IMG/VR virus record: IMGVR_UViG_3300023273_000812
Span: 37,750 to 101,749 of that record
From: a virus
Taxonomy: Duplodnaviria > Caudoviricetes
Length of the DNA stretch: 64,000 nucleotides
Strand: one strand, 5' to 3'
The stretch's first letter is position 1. Each line of letters opens with the position of its first letter. The notes below the pieces were generated by a model that was given only the letters and a program-made list of their open reading frames with translations, made no database searches and had not been told where the DNA came from. This document shows positions 19,055 to 29,535 of the stretch, one piece after another. The position numbers were made by a program, and so were the translations under genes.

Positions 19055-20949
19055 TGGGTTTAGGAGATTTAGCTGCCACTATTGGTAGAAGTAAGTCAAC
19101 AGATAAAAGAGATCCTGTAGACATTATTACTTTTATTGAGGCTCCTTGGGGTTTAGGTTTAAAGTTGTTTCCAGTACAACGAGTTATACTTAAAACACAT
19201 TATGGTATGACCTTAGACGACAACGAACTAGATTATCCTTTAGATGTACCTGTACCCGAAGATCATGAAAACTATGACCCTGAGTTGATGGATAGGGATG
19301 GTTATTACAAGTATAGATTAGTTATTACGGACTTTAGAAGAGAGAATGTTCAGTACTTCACAGAGGCCGGTTACTTAAAGTACTTACATAGTGAAGGTAG
19401 ATGTAATACAGATAAAGTAATACCAGGTGTACAAAGACGAGAAATGGTTTTAAGTGTGGGTCGTCGTTCTGGAAAAACACTTATTACATCTTGTATTGTG
19501 GCGTACGAAACTTATAAATTATTATTACTTGGTAATCCACAGAAACATTATGGGTCTTCACAGTCGAATGTTATACAGTTAATTTCCGTTGCGACAGATC
19601 AGGCACAGGCCTCTTTATTGTATAGGGAGGCTAGTGGACACTTCCAAAAGTGTGATTACTTTAAACCTTATACTGCGAATGCTACACAAAGTTACGCAAC
19701 TTTTCAAACACCTTTTGATATAGAAACTTATGGTAGTTATTCTAAGAATCCAAAAGCCCGTTATTCAGTTAATGTTACTTTTAGGTCTTGTGTGGCAAAA
19801 GGGCTTCGCGGGGGCGCTAACATTATGGTTGCACTGGACGAGGTTGCTCACTTTGGTGAACAAGGACAAGCCTCTGCAGATGAAGTGTATCAGGCTGTAG
19901 AACCTTCTACTAGAACCTTTTCTCCTAAGGACCCCTTAGACACTACAAAACCTGTTGGCGAGAACGAAGGTCGTATTGTTATGATTTCTTCTCCGTTAGG
20001 TAAACAAGGTTTGTTCTATAAACAGTTTGAGTTAGGTTTTGGTAATAACAAAGCGGCGGATAATCTTCTTTGTATACAAGCACCTACTTGGGAAGTAAAC
20101 CCAACAGTACCCGCGGAAACCTTTGTGGCTTCTTACTTAAAAGATCCTAATGTTTTCTATACGGAATTTGGGGCTGTGTTTTCGGATAGAACTCGTGGGT
20201 GGATTCAAGACGCTAAAGACTTATTAGATTGTATAGATCCCGCTTTAAGAAAAAGAACATCTGGTTTACCGAAAGCACCTTACTTTATGGGGATAGACAT
20301 CGCACTTGTAGGTGACTGGTGTGCTGTAGCAATTGGACATAACGATCAAAATGGTAATGTTGTTGTAGATTGTATGGAGCGTATTAAAGCCGGTGAGGGT
20401 AAGTACCAAGACTTAGAAAGATTAGACTTTGATGAGGTAGCGGATTGGATTACTAGTTTCACTAGTAGATTTTATATTAGAGAAGGTGTGTTTGACCAGT
20501 GGGTCGGTATACCAATGGAACAGGCTTTACAAAAAAGAGGCTTACCTCAGTTAAAGTCTTTACATCACACAAAACAGTTAACATCCCAGATGTTCCATAA
20601 CTTAAAAAACTTAATGTTTGATAGTAAGTTAAAAATATATGATGAACCTACAGAAGAAGGACATGCCGATTACATTCAAGAGTTGTTAGAGTTACAGGCC
20701 ACACAGGTTAGTAAATATGTAATAGAAGTAGAAGCCCCACAGACAGAAGGTAAGCACGATGACTACTCGGACGCCTTAGTTAGAATGTGTTGGTTGGCTA
20801 CAAAGGATTCAAATAAAAAGGTTATCTTATCTGGTACTCGTGGAAATATATACTCAAGTGGTAATTCCAGATTTGGAAGGTCTACTACAAAAACTCGTAG
20901 TGGGTCTCATGAGTCCAGACAATTACCTAGAAATAATAGGAGAAAATAA
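19054..20949 (+). CDS. terL: terminase large subunit
   Basis: Walker A GRRSGKT, Walker B ALDEVAH, motif III ISSP, nuclease GIDIA..GD and HDDYSDA. Confidence 0.93.
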   Translation: MGLGDLAATIGRSKSTDKRDPVDIITFIEAPWGLGLKLFPVQRVILKTHYGMTLDDNELDYPLDVPVPEDHENYDPELMDRDGYYKYRLVITDFRRENVQYFTEAGYLKYLHSEGRCNTDKVIPGVQRREMVLSVGRRSGKTLITSCIVAYETYKLLLLGNPQKHYGSSQSNVIQLISVATDQAQASLLYREASGHFQKCDYFKPYTANATQSYATFQTPFDIETYGSYSKNPKARYSVNVTFRSCVAKGLRGGANIMVALDEVAHFGEQGQASADEVYQAVEPSTRTFSPKDPLDTTKPVGENEGRIVMISSPLGKQGLFYKQFELGFGNNKAADNLLCIQAPTWEVNPTVPAETFVASYLKDPNVFYTEFGAVFSDRTRGWIQDAKDLLDCIDPALRKRTSGLPKAPYFMGIDIALVGDWCAVAIGHNDQNGNVVVDCMERIKAGEGKYQDLERLDFDEVADWITSFTSRFYIREGVFDQWVGIPMEQALQKRGLPQLKSLHHTKQLTSQMFHNLKNLMFDSKLKIYDEPTEEGHADYIQELLELQATQVSKYVIEVEAPQTEGKHDDYSDALVRMCWLATKDSNKKVILSGTRGNIYSSGNSRFGRSTTKTRSGSHESRQLPRNNRRK

Positions 20950-20951
20950 AA

Positions 20952-21524
20952 ATGGCAACCTTAGTTAATTCAAGTGTCGTAGATAGTGGTGATGTGGAGT
21001 TACAGTTCCCTGGTGATAGGTTTCCAGTTACAGTAGGACCTACTTTAAGAGCCCGTGGTTGGAGAGGTGGTTTGTTTGTACAATATGTACAAACAACACA
21101 AGAGTATACAGTAGAAGTTAGTGATGGTTCTAATGTGTGTGGATTTCTGTTATTCCAATCAGAAAACTACACTCCAATGACACCTGGTGGTATTAGTACA
21201 GGGTCTCCAGAAAACTTTATTGGTAAACAGTTTCGGGCTCCTGTAGGTGGTAACAATGTTGCTACAATGATAAATGGTGGTACAAGGGCTATGTTTAAGT
21301 TCTTTGAAACCACAGCCTTGACAGGTGGGGGAACTCGTACAGGAGGGGTTATTACTTATAACTTAAATGAGGCTTTACGAGTTTCTGAAAATGGTTTATT
21401 ATGTAATGACTCAGAAGCGAATCTAATAGCTGCAGGTGTAGTTAATCCTACACAAGTAGGATTATGTAGTAGTGTTCCAAAAGAAAGTAACTTTAATCGT
21501 TTAGGTATAGACCTGAAGTACTAA
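20952..21524 (+). CDS. putative capsid decoration-like protein (paralog of 34594..35256)
   Basis: FET..L.GG...G..ITY...E.L..S.NG.L...VG....P aligns by eye with the pre-capsid gene. Confidence 0.5.
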   Translation: MATLVNSSVVDSGDVELQFPGDRFPVTVGPTLRARGWRGGLFVQYVQTTQEYTVEVSDGSNVCGFLLFQSENYTPMTPGGISTGSPENFIGKQFRAPVGGNNVATMINGGTRAMFKFFETTALTGGGTRTGGVITYNLNEALRVSENGLLCNDSEANLIAAGVVNPTQVGLCSSVPKESNFNRLGIDLKY

Positions 21525-21778
21525 TGAGAAATATACAAGGCACATATGATGAACATTTAAAAAGGGCTACTAGGGAAATAGAGTCGGCTTTAAGACTTGT
21601 AAGTGGTAGTTCTTTAAGTATTCAGGATCGTAAAAAAGTTTTACGAAAACTAGATCCTGTTTTAATGTTAATAAAACAAAGTAGTCGTGTAAAATTAGTA
21701 AACGAAGAACAAGAACAAGATGTAAAGAAGACAAGGGGTAATAAAGATGGCAACAAACGAGGACGGAACGCCAATTAA
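21524..21778 (+). CDS. hypothetical protein
   Basis: TAATG-coupled ORF. Confidence 0.5.
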   Translation: MRNIQGTYDEHLKRATREIESALRLVSGSSLSIQDRKKVLRKLDPVLMLIKQSSRVKLVNEEQEQDVKKTRGNKDGNKRGRNAN

Positions 21779-23441
21779 AAAGATCCCTTCGGGTGATGGT
21801 AAACACAAGGCTAGTACTGGTAAACCTAGAAGAATTGTAACCTCCTCTATGAAATCCAGAACAGCCTCTTATGCTGGTGCTAATACTATTAACGGTATGG
21901 GTCAGAACTTCTACTCACCTGAGTTGTCTACAGATTTCTTAGAGTTACCACAAAGTTTACATGAACAGTGGAAGTTCTACAGATTCTTTTACAAGTCCGA
22001 ACCTTTTGTTGGTCAGGCCATAGACTTACATACTGAGTTACCTTTATCTAAAATTAGAATTGGTAAGCCTAGGTGTAAAAACCAAGACTTAGGGGATCAG
22101 GCTACAAAGTTTTGTGAGAAGTGGGCTAATAACATTGGACTACTACATAGACTTATTGCTATTGTACATGACCGAAATCTTATCGGTGAAGTGTTTATCT
22201 GGTGTGAAGACGCTAATCCAGAAATGCCTAGAGACATTAGGGAAGAACTTGTAAGAGTTGTTAAACCTGACGGTACAGTGACAGAGGATTATACATTAAG
22301 ACCAGACGCAGATGAAAGAGCCGCCAATTGGGTTCGTAAAAACTATAAAGGGTGGACCTCTGTAAGGGTTTTACCTCCAGAACAAATTCAGATGGAAACT
22401 TTTAACTTTACAGACGAGAGAATTGTGGAGTTAATACCAGATGGTAAAACTAAGTCTATAATAGACAAAGCTATAGCCGGTGATCCACAAGCACAACGTA
22501 TTGTAGAGTCAATGCCTCCAGATGTTGTACAGGCTGTAACAGAGGAACGTAATATACCCTTAAACACAGACCCATATGCAGGGTCCTTTGTTTACTATAT
22601 GGCTAATCGTAAGTCTGACTATGATACTAGAGGTAGTTCTATTCTAGAAAGATGTATGCGTCCTTTGGTATACCGAGACAAGTTAAGACAAGCCCAAACT
22701 AGTATTGCTTCCAGACATATGACACCTATCCGTATTGTTTACGGAGAAGACTTGAGTATGGAAGATGTAGACGCTTTAAGAGAACAAGTTGATCAGGCTT
22801 TACAAGATCCAGACTATTCTATTATTGCTAATTTTCAAATTAGTTGGGAAGAAATGGGTGCTGACCAAAGACTATTAGATTTAAGTGGAGAGTATGACTT
22901 AACAGATAGACAGATGTACGCTGGATTGGGTGTTACAGAATCTTTAATGTCTGGAGAAAGTTCTTACTCTGGAGACAGACTTAACTTAGAAGTAATCAAT
23001 ACTCGTTATATGTTACTTAGAGAACAGTTACAAGAGTTTGTTGAAAAGTTTATTTTCAAACCGATGTGTGCTCGTATGGGTTTTATCGAGTACGATGATT
23101 TCGGAGACGAGATAGTTATTACACCAACATTATCTTTCACTAGACTAGCCTTAAGGGATAATCAAGATACCTTTGATCAGTTGTATAACTTGTATACAAA
23201 GGGCTCTTTAGATGTAGATACTATTTTAGAGTTGTTAAACTTAGATCCAATGGCTGTTAAGGAACGCATTAAGAGAGACTTGTTTACAGTTAATGATCCA
23301 ACATTCAATGAAATGATGAGAGACATTTATGGTGGAGCCGGTGGCTTTATACAAGAGAACTCTGATGTAAATGAGATTATTGCCAAAGAGTTAGGTCTTA
23401 AGTTAAAACCGGCAGAAGACGAAGGGGATGGTCGTTGGTAG
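21747..23441 (+). CDS. portal protein
   Basis: 564 aa after TerL; FY..EP.V..AID.H, G.SIL.R, P.R.V..G, LGV.E.L.SG and helical C-terminus typical of portals. Confidence 0.8.
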   Translation: MATNEDGTPIKKIPSGDGKHKASTGKPRRIVTSSMKSRTASYAGANTINGMGQNFYSPELSTDFLELPQSLHEQWKFYRFFYKSEPFVGQAIDLHTELPLSKIRIGKPRCKNQDLGDQATKFCEKWANNIGLLHRLIAIVHDRNLIGEVFIWCEDANPEMPRDIREELVRVVKPDGTVTEDYTLRPDADERAANWVRKNYKGWTSVRVLPPEQIQMETFNFTDERIVELIPDGKTKSIIDKAIAGDPQAQRIVESMPPDVVQAVTEERNIPLNTDPYAGSFVYYMANRKSDYDTRGSSILERCMRPLVYRDKLRQAQTSIASRHMTPIRIVYGEDLSMEDVDALREQVDQALQDPDYSIIANFQISWEEMGADQRLLDLSGEYDLTDRQMYAGLGVTESLMSGESSYSGDRLNLEVINTRYMLLREQLQEFVEKFIFKPMCARMGFIEYDDFGDEIVITPTLSFTRLALRDNQDTFDQLYNLYTKGSLDVDTILELLNLDPMAVKERIKRDLFTVNDPTFNEMMRDIYGGAGGFIQENSDVNEIIAKELGLKLKPAEDEGDGRW

Positions 23442-23501
23442 AGAGTTCGCCCTTTAACAATAATTTTTCAATAGTAAATTAAAAGTTAATAAGGGGGTCT
23501 T

Positions 23502-24965
23502 ATGCCACAATCACCATTTCAAGTAGATCAGTTACAAATAGAACCTGGTTCAGGGGATACTATTGTAATAAACAGAGATGTTTCAGGTAACTTAACTTTT
23601 ACAGATACACACTTACCAACAGGTATAGCCTTACAACAGTTGTTGGGCTTACAAAACTTAAAAGATGTTTATGTTGTAGGTAAAGAAAATACTCCTTATA
23701 CAAGTGTACAAGACGCCTTAAACGCTATTCCAGACGCTTCTAGCGATACAAGTGTGGTATTAGTTACAAACGGTACTTACACAGAGAATATAAGTATTAC
23801 AAAGGACAATGTGATACTACAAGGTATTGGTGGTGTGTTAGTTAATGATGGAAACTCTTCCACAGTGACAGTAGAAGTTTCTACTACAAGTACTCCTAAT
23901 AAATTACAGATTAAAGACTTAGACATTCGTTGTACACAAGATGGTAAGTCTTGTGTAAGTGTTTTAGGTGCTAATCAGTTTGCTTCTGGTACAGTTACAG
24001 TCTCTGGTTTCCCTGTAGCGGGAGATAGTTTTACTGTTAATGGTGTGACCTTACTAGGTGTGGAAGGTAATCGTACAAGTGGTTTAAATAACTTTTCTGT
24101 TAATGGGGTTTCAACAGATAATATAGCAATCGAAATAACAGAAGCCCTTATGGATGAAAATAATGGGTTTGTTTCTTTTGTTACAAGTGAGGTTGTGGGT
24201 TCTATTGTTACACTTACAAGTGTACTGCCAGGTAGTATTGGTAATACTTATACACTTACTACTGCTTCTGGAAACTTTACCCTATCCGGACCAACCTTAG
24301 TGGGTGGTAGTTCTGCTGGAACTAGCTTAGGGTCTGAGGAAATAAGTATTAGTAATGTAAACTTATTTTCTACGGGTGTAGGAGGTTACTTTGTATATGC
24401 TGACACAATGAATAATCTTACACTAAATAATGTAAGTGGTAATGGTAGTGCTTTAACAGCGTCTATGTTGGTATCTAATGTGGCTAGTTTAAAACTTTAC
24501 AATGTAAAAGACTTTACAGATGTAAGTCTAAACTACGATAACGGTTTAGACCAACCTTCCATACTTACAAGTTTATATGAACTAAGTAATGTACAATGTG
24601 GTAATGTTGCGGTTAACCTAACAGGTGTAGGGTCTACTGTTATTAGTAACAGTGTTTTATCTAACTTAACTGTTAGTGGGGATCGTACAGTTAAGTTGTA
24701 TAATAGTAAAAGGGATGGGGGTAGTTATATAGACACACCCACAGTAGAAGAAAATACAGTATTATTACAAACTATTTTTACTGCTAGTAATAATGAGGTA
24801 GTGTCTTTACCTTTTCCACAATCAGATACAAATTATGTAGTATTAGTAGAGAGTCCAGACCTAACAGTTAAGTTTTCTGTGATTAGTAAGACAGTTAATA
24901 GTTTCACTATTGTAAGTGATAGTTTATATACAGGAACTATAAACAGTATAGTAAAGAGGTTTTAA
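23502..24965 (+). CDS. virion structural protein with pectinesterase-like beta-helix
   Basis: YTSVQDALNA....V.V.NGTY.E.I.I.K..V.L.G motif; S/T/G/V-rich. Confidence 0.6.
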   Translation: MPQSPFQVDQLQIEPGSGDTIVINRDVSGNLTFTDTHLPTGIALQQLLGLQNLKDVYVVGKENTPYTSVQDALNAIPDASSDTSVVLVTNGTYTENISITKDNVILQGIGGVLVNDGNSSTVTVEVSTTSTPNKLQIKDLDIRCTQDGKSCVSVLGANQFASGTVTVSGFPVAGDSFTVNGVTLLGVEGNRTSGLNNFSVNGVSTDNIAIEITEALMDENNGFVSFVTSEVVGSIVTLTSVLPGSIGNTYTLTTASGNFTLSGPTLVGGSSAGTSLGSEEISISNVNLFSTGVGGYFVYADTMNNLTLNNVSGNGSALTASMLVSNVASLKLYNVKDFTDVSLNYDNGLDQPSILTSLYELSNVQCGNVAVNLTGVGSTVISNSVLSNLTVSGDRTVKLYNSKRDGGSYIDTPTVEENTVLLQTIFTASNNEVVSLPFPQSDTNYVVLVESPDLTVKFSVISKTVNSFTIVSDSLYTGTINSIVKRF

Positions 24966-24967
24966 AA

Positions 24968-25516
24968 ATGAGTAGCTTTTGGGATAAGTTAAAACAAGGT
25001 TCTTCTACAAGTAGTTATGTAACTGCAATGGACCAACATTTACAAGGTAGTACTTTTGTATCTATGCAAGAGTTAACAGACACTTACAGACAAAAAAGTG
25101 CTTTACATCTACCAGTAGAAGCGGGTACCCGAGTTGCCTTTATGGGTTGGTTAGAGTCGTACTTAAGTTACACAGATCCACCACAAGATAAGGATATGGG
25201 TACAGTAGTAACGGCAAAATCCGCTAATGGGGAATCTACCTCTTTTGAGGATTTAGTTTTTGTAAAGTTCGATAACGGTAAACTATTAAGTGTCCATACA
25301 AGCCATTTAAGACTTGTAGAAACAGACACACAAGTAATCAAACAAGCAAGTTTCACTGTTAAGTCCTTTTCTGACTTAGATAGATTCCTAGTGTTAAGTA
25401 CTGATCATCTTGTACATAAATGTACACAAGACTTATGGTCTTTTAAAAAGGATGCAGATGGAAACATTACAGTAGAGAAACTATACGATGATAATGGTAA
25501 TCCATTAAAGGTGTAA
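24968..25516 (+). CDS. hypothetical head-module protein
   Basis: SH3-like GTRV...GTVV...VFVKFDNG segment; IKQAS motif. Confidence 0.6.
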   Translation: MSSFWDKLKQGSSTSSYVTAMDQHLQGSTFVSMQELTDTYRQKSALHLPVEAGTRVAFMGWLESYLSYTDPPQDKDMGTVVTAKSANGESTSFEDLVFVKFDNGKLLSVHTSHLRLVETDTQVIKQASFTVKSFSDLDRFLVLSTDHLVHKCTQDLWSFKKDADGNITVEKLYDDNGNPLKV

Positions 25517-25521
25517 TAGAT

Positions 25522-26145
25522 ATGTCTAAGATAGTAAAAAATGTGGCTCGTAGATACGCGGCGAATCAACAAGTAACAAAACAGGCCATGGTAAAACAAG
25601 CCGGTGAAGTTCGTTTTATTAAAGACAATACCTCTGGTGACTTGTCTGGAGATTGGGCTTACCAGAATACAGGTTCTAGTGCTAGAACTATTGGTAAGGA
25701 CTTTGTGTTTAATCCAAAGCAACTTAAACCCTTGGCTAAAACATTAAGGTCTGTATTAATGGCCTTAGGACACGCTACATCTGGATATAATACTTTTGTA
25801 AAGATTAAGTCTAGAAACATATCCCCAGACGGAAACTTGGGTGGTATGGGTTATATAATGGAAATTAGTAAGATCAGAAAAGGTTTAATGAACTGTATTG
25901 AAGCCTTATCTGCTATGTCTGATTGTATGTACGACGAGTTAGGTGCACCACACTGGAACCCTGAAAAGGATGAACTACATCCTAGAGATAGAGCCGAGGT
26001 TCAAGAGTTGGTTAAACAAGTGAACGAAATACAACAAGATCCAGAAGAGTACGCAGAAGAAGCCGAAGAAGAGTTGGATGAAGAAGTAGACGAGGCTGTT
26101 GAAAATTACAATGACTCAGACTTTGAACAAGATAGTGAGGATTAA
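25522..26145 (+). CDS. hypothetical head-module protein
   Basis: Leader VKNVARRYAA...TKQAMVKQAG; acidic C-terminus. Confidence 0.65.
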   Translation: MSKIVKNVARRYAANQQVTKQAMVKQAGEVRFIKDNTSGDLSGDWAYQNTGSSARTIGKDFVFNPKQLKPLAKTLRSVLMALGHATSGYNTFVKIKSRNISPDGNLGGMGYIMEISKIRKGLMNCIEALSAMSDCMYDELGAPHWNPEKDELHPRDRAEVQELVKQVNEIQQDPEEYAEEAEEELDEEVDEAVENYNDSDFEQDSED

Positions 26146-26148
26146 TCT

Positions 26149-28524
26149 ATGTCTAGGAAAGAAGAAAGTTTTTTAAAAGAATCACACCTACCTACCGATG
26201 TGTTCGGTAGTGCCTTTGAAACAGAGGGTACTGTACAGTGTGAAGACTTTGCTATTAGTATGACAGCAGACATTGATGTTTCTGTGGAATACATTGAACC
26301 TTCTATAGATGGTCTTAATTGTGGGTGTGGGGAACAAGTAGAATTACAAGACTATTTGTTTACACCAGAGTCTGATTTATCTTGGTTAGACCTTGAAGAA
26401 GAGTCTTTTGAGGTAGAGGACTATACTACTATACCAGAGTTAGAAGATCTATGGAGAACTTCTGACAACAATGGTTTATGGTTAGAGGCTAATACTAAAG
26501 ACTTAGATAGTGTTAAGTATGAAGAAGGTCTAACAAAAGAAAGTACACAACAGTTCGATGTAAATACTTACACAGAGATAGTATGTAAGGCCATGAGAAG
26601 ATCCGCTATGGGTCATGACTTAAATACTATTCTGGATGAAGTTGTTTTGAGTGCCGCAGAAAACTTATCACATTACAAACAAGCAATGGAAATGATTGTT
26701 AAAGATCACGGACTTGTAGGTAAAGTGTTTCTAAGAAAGTCAGCGTATCCAAATTATGAAAGTGGACAGTGGACTGAACATATTAGAAAACACTTTGGTA
26801 ATGTTAAGTACTTAGTTGTAGATAACACAGACTTTAACAGAACTTACATTACTGATGGTATGTGTACCATGACTAGAAAACAGGCTGTTACAAGTGTACC
26901 GTGGGAGAAGGCCTTCTCCCACTATTCTAAGCGGTTAGTTAGTACAGGACACAAGTTAGGTACAGGAACTCGAAGACAAGTTTTAAAAGAGGCTTTCTTA
27001 CGAGGACCTGAGGCTATTAAAGTAGAGTCTAACTTTCCTGTACAAAAAGACATTACAAAAGATGTTAGTTCTAAACAAGCCTTAGAAACAGTACAAAGTT
27101 ACTCACCAGAAGATGTTACAAGTAAGATACAAACCGCTAAACAAACTAGAGAGTTGGTACAGTTAAGACAAGCCGTACATAATAAAGTACGTTTGTTACA
27201 AGCGGGTGGGTTATTACCAGAAGAAGAAGCCTCTTCTTTGTTAAAAAGTACGGATCACCCAGAAGATGTTTTAAAGACTGCTACTTTTATTTCTACTAGA
27301 ATTAAAACTGGAACTTATAGTGGTCAGCCTAATAGTTTAGAGAGTATGACGGCTTTAGGTGAGTTAAGAGCATTAAGACAGCAAAATGATCTTAAACGAA
27401 TACAAGAACAAGTCGAAAAGAAGGCTCGTCAGTTAGAGTACGAAAGTACTTTCGAGTATAAAGCAGACCAAGTATTACAAAAAATGGCTAGTAAAGTACA
27501 AGGTGAGATTAACAGAGGTGTTAAGGGGTCCGTATTACAAGACTATATAGATAGAGTTGTGCCTACCAAAGTTAAAACATTAGTCCTAGAAAAAGTAAGT
27601 GGGTTAGAAGAAGCTTTAAGTAACACTACTACTCAAACAGCTACTTATTCTGATGTTGTGTACACACCACACAATCCTACAACACAAGTAGAAAGACAAG
27701 TTACTTCTAAGGAGATTGAGTCTTTAATTAATAAAGTACAGTCTGAAGTAAACAGAGGTATTACTGGAAACTTATTACAAGAGTTTATTCTTAGTACTGT
27801 ACCACAAAAATTAGCTAAACAAGTATTGTTTAAAGTTAGTGGGTTATCTGAAGCGTTGGAAGAAACGGAAGTGGAAACTAATACTTATGACAATGTTGTA
27901 TATACACAACACACAGCAAAACAGGCTACAAGAGTTGTTAACCCTAACGACATTAAAGTAGCCAGTAAGTGGGTTAGACAACAGATGTCGGAAGGTGTGG
28001 CTGGAGATGAGTTGGATTCATTAATCCAAAGTAAGTTCTCTACACAATTCTTAACGGATGCTCAACAAGAGTTAACTACTACAAGAAGAAACCACGAAGG
28101 TGCAAGTGGTTTCTTATATGTAGACACAGAAGCCTACGCTAGTCCAACAGGTGTAAAAGGTTGTGAAAAAGCTGCTCTTAAACATAGAGTTAATAACATA
28201 CCAGCAGTCACTGCAATGGATAGATGTAGTACTTGTGTACATAACAATGTTACAGCCGATGGAACTCCTAGATGTGCTTTGTTTAATAAGACTTTGTTGT
28301 TCGACACTGTTATTCCAGAAGACATTAAACAACAAAACATTAAAAGTGCTAACATGACAGACTTTGAAACTACAGCCTCTATGTTCAGTTCACAGAATGC
28401 TCCTTTGTATAATCCTAATGAGTTCGGTTTACAAAACGATGTGTTAGATAACATTAGTACAGATTTAGAAGTGAGTACAGAAAAGTTATCCAGTATACTT
28501 TTTGATGGGTGGAACATAGACTAA
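26149..28524 (+). CDS. large head-module protein with internal repeats
   Basis: Duplicated unit of about 80 aa (KVQ.E.NRG..G..LQ..I...VP.K....VL.KVSGL.EAL); Cys cluster near the C-terminus. Confidence 0.7.
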   Translation: MSRKEESFLKESHLPTDVFGSAFETEGTVQCEDFAISMTADIDVSVEYIEPSIDGLNCGCGEQVELQDYLFTPESDLSWLDLEEESFEVEDYTTIPELEDLWRTSDNNGLWLEANTKDLDSVKYEEGLTKESTQQFDVNTYTEIVCKAMRRSAMGHDLNTILDEVVLSAAENLSHYKQAMEMIVKDHGLVGKVFLRKSAYPNYESGQWTEHIRKHFGNVKYLVVDNTDFNRTYITDGMCTMTRKQAVTSVPWEKAFSHYSKRLVSTGHKLGTGTRRQVLKEAFLRGPEAIKVESNFPVQKDITKDVSSKQALETVQSYSPEDVTSKIQTAKQTRELVQLRQAVHNKVRLLQAGGLLPEEEASSLLKSTDHPEDVLKTATFISTRIKTGTYSGQPNSLESMTALGELRALRQQNDLKRIQEQVEKKARQLEYESTFEYKADQVLQKMASKVQGEINRGVKGSVLQDYIDRVVPTKVKTLVLEKVSGLEEALSNTTTQTATYSDVVYTPHNPTTQVERQVTSKEIESLINKVQSEVNRGITGNLLQEFILSTVPQKLAKQVLFKVSGLSEALEETEVETNTYDNVVYTQHTAKQATRVVNPNDIKVASKWVRQQMSEGVAGDELDSLIQSKFSTQFLTDAQQELTTTRRNHEGASGFLYVDTEAYASPTGVKGCEKAALKHRVNNIPAVTAMDRCSTCVHNNVTADGTPRCALFNKTLLFDTVIPEDIKQQNIKSANMTDFETTASMFSSQNAPLYNPNEFGLQNDVLDNISTDLEVSTEKLSSILFDGWNID

Positions 28525-28533
28525 GGAAGTTCA

Positions 28534-29529
28534 ATGTATTCAAGATACTCTTACAAAGATAAAAAAGTTGTAAAAACTAAGGATGGAGATGAAAGTACTA
28601 TATACGAGTACTCTCCGCAGGCCATTAATAAAAGACATAAAGAAAAGTCTGAAAAGGTAGAAAAACTTCGTAAGAGTATCGAGAAGTTAGAGAAGACTGT
28701 TAGTAAGGACTTGGACTCTAAAGAAAAGTCACAAGTAGCCTTAGCTGTTGCCTTAATCAACCATACTTATGAAAGAGTAGGGAATGATGGTAGTGCTGAC
28801 AATGGACACTTTGGTGTAACAGGTTGGCAAAAGAAACACATTAAGTTTAATGGAGATAAAGCCACTTTAACATATACAGGTAAAAGTGGTGTGGATCATG
28901 TAAAAGATGTCACGGACAAAAAACTTGTTAAAATGTTAAAAGACTTAACAAAAGAACATGATGAAGAAGATTGTATTTTAATGGATGTTTCCTCTACAGA
29001 TGTAAACGAATACTTAAAACAGTTTGGTGTAACTGCTAAAGACTTAAGGGGTTACCACGCTAATAGGGAAGTACAAGAACGCTTACAAAACATTAGAAAA
29101 GATAACGGTAAGTTACCTAAAGATAAAAAAGAAAGGGAAAAACAATTAAAGGAAGAGTTTAAACAAGCCATAGACGAGGCTTCTGAAGTTATTGGACACG
29201 AAGCCGCCACATTAAAAGGACAATACTTAGTTCCTCATATGGAGGAAACTTTTCTTAAAGATGGTACTGTTATAACTTCTTTAAAAATGGCTACAAAGTC
29301 AGATAGTGAAAAGGAACAAGAAGAAGACGAAAGATTAGTAAGACCTTCTCCTAAAAAGAAACCCCCTCGTAAGGACAAGCGTAGAAATAGAGTACAAGAC
29401 ACAGACTCTGACTCGGATAGGGATCAAGATAAGAAGGATCGTTCTAATAACGATAAAGACGCTAGTGTAAGAGTGGCTACGAGATACTTAAACAAAGTAG
29501 CTGTTCGTCTTGCGATGTTAAGAAGGTAA
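28534..29529 (+). CDS. DNA topoisomerase IB catalytic domain with charged C-terminal extension
   Basis: Catalytic residues in order: ERVGN (R), GKSG (K), KDLRGYHAN (R), GHEAATLKGQY (H, Y). Confidence 0.88.
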   Translation: MYSRYSYKDKKVVKTKDGDESTIYEYSPQAINKRHKEKSEKVEKLRKSIEKLEKTVSKDLDSKEKSQVALAVALINHTYERVGNDGSADNGHFGVTGWQKKHIKFNGDKATLTYTGKSGVDHVKDVTDKKLVKMLKDLTKEHDEEDCILMDVSSTDVNEYLKQFGVTAKDLRGYHANREVQERLQNIRKDNGKLPKDKKEREKQLKEEFKQAIDEASEVIGHEAATLKGQYLVPHMEETFLKDGTVITSLKMATKSDSEKEQEEDERLVRPSPKKKPPRKDKRRNRVQDTDSDSDRDQDKKDRSNNDKDASVRVATRYLNKVAVRLAMLRR

Positions 29530-29535
29530 GAGACT

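Noticed and set aside
19054-20949. Intein or intron in the terminase, portal or DnaX
   Set aside because: Lengths are normal and no intein splice motifs or homing-endonuclease domains are visible
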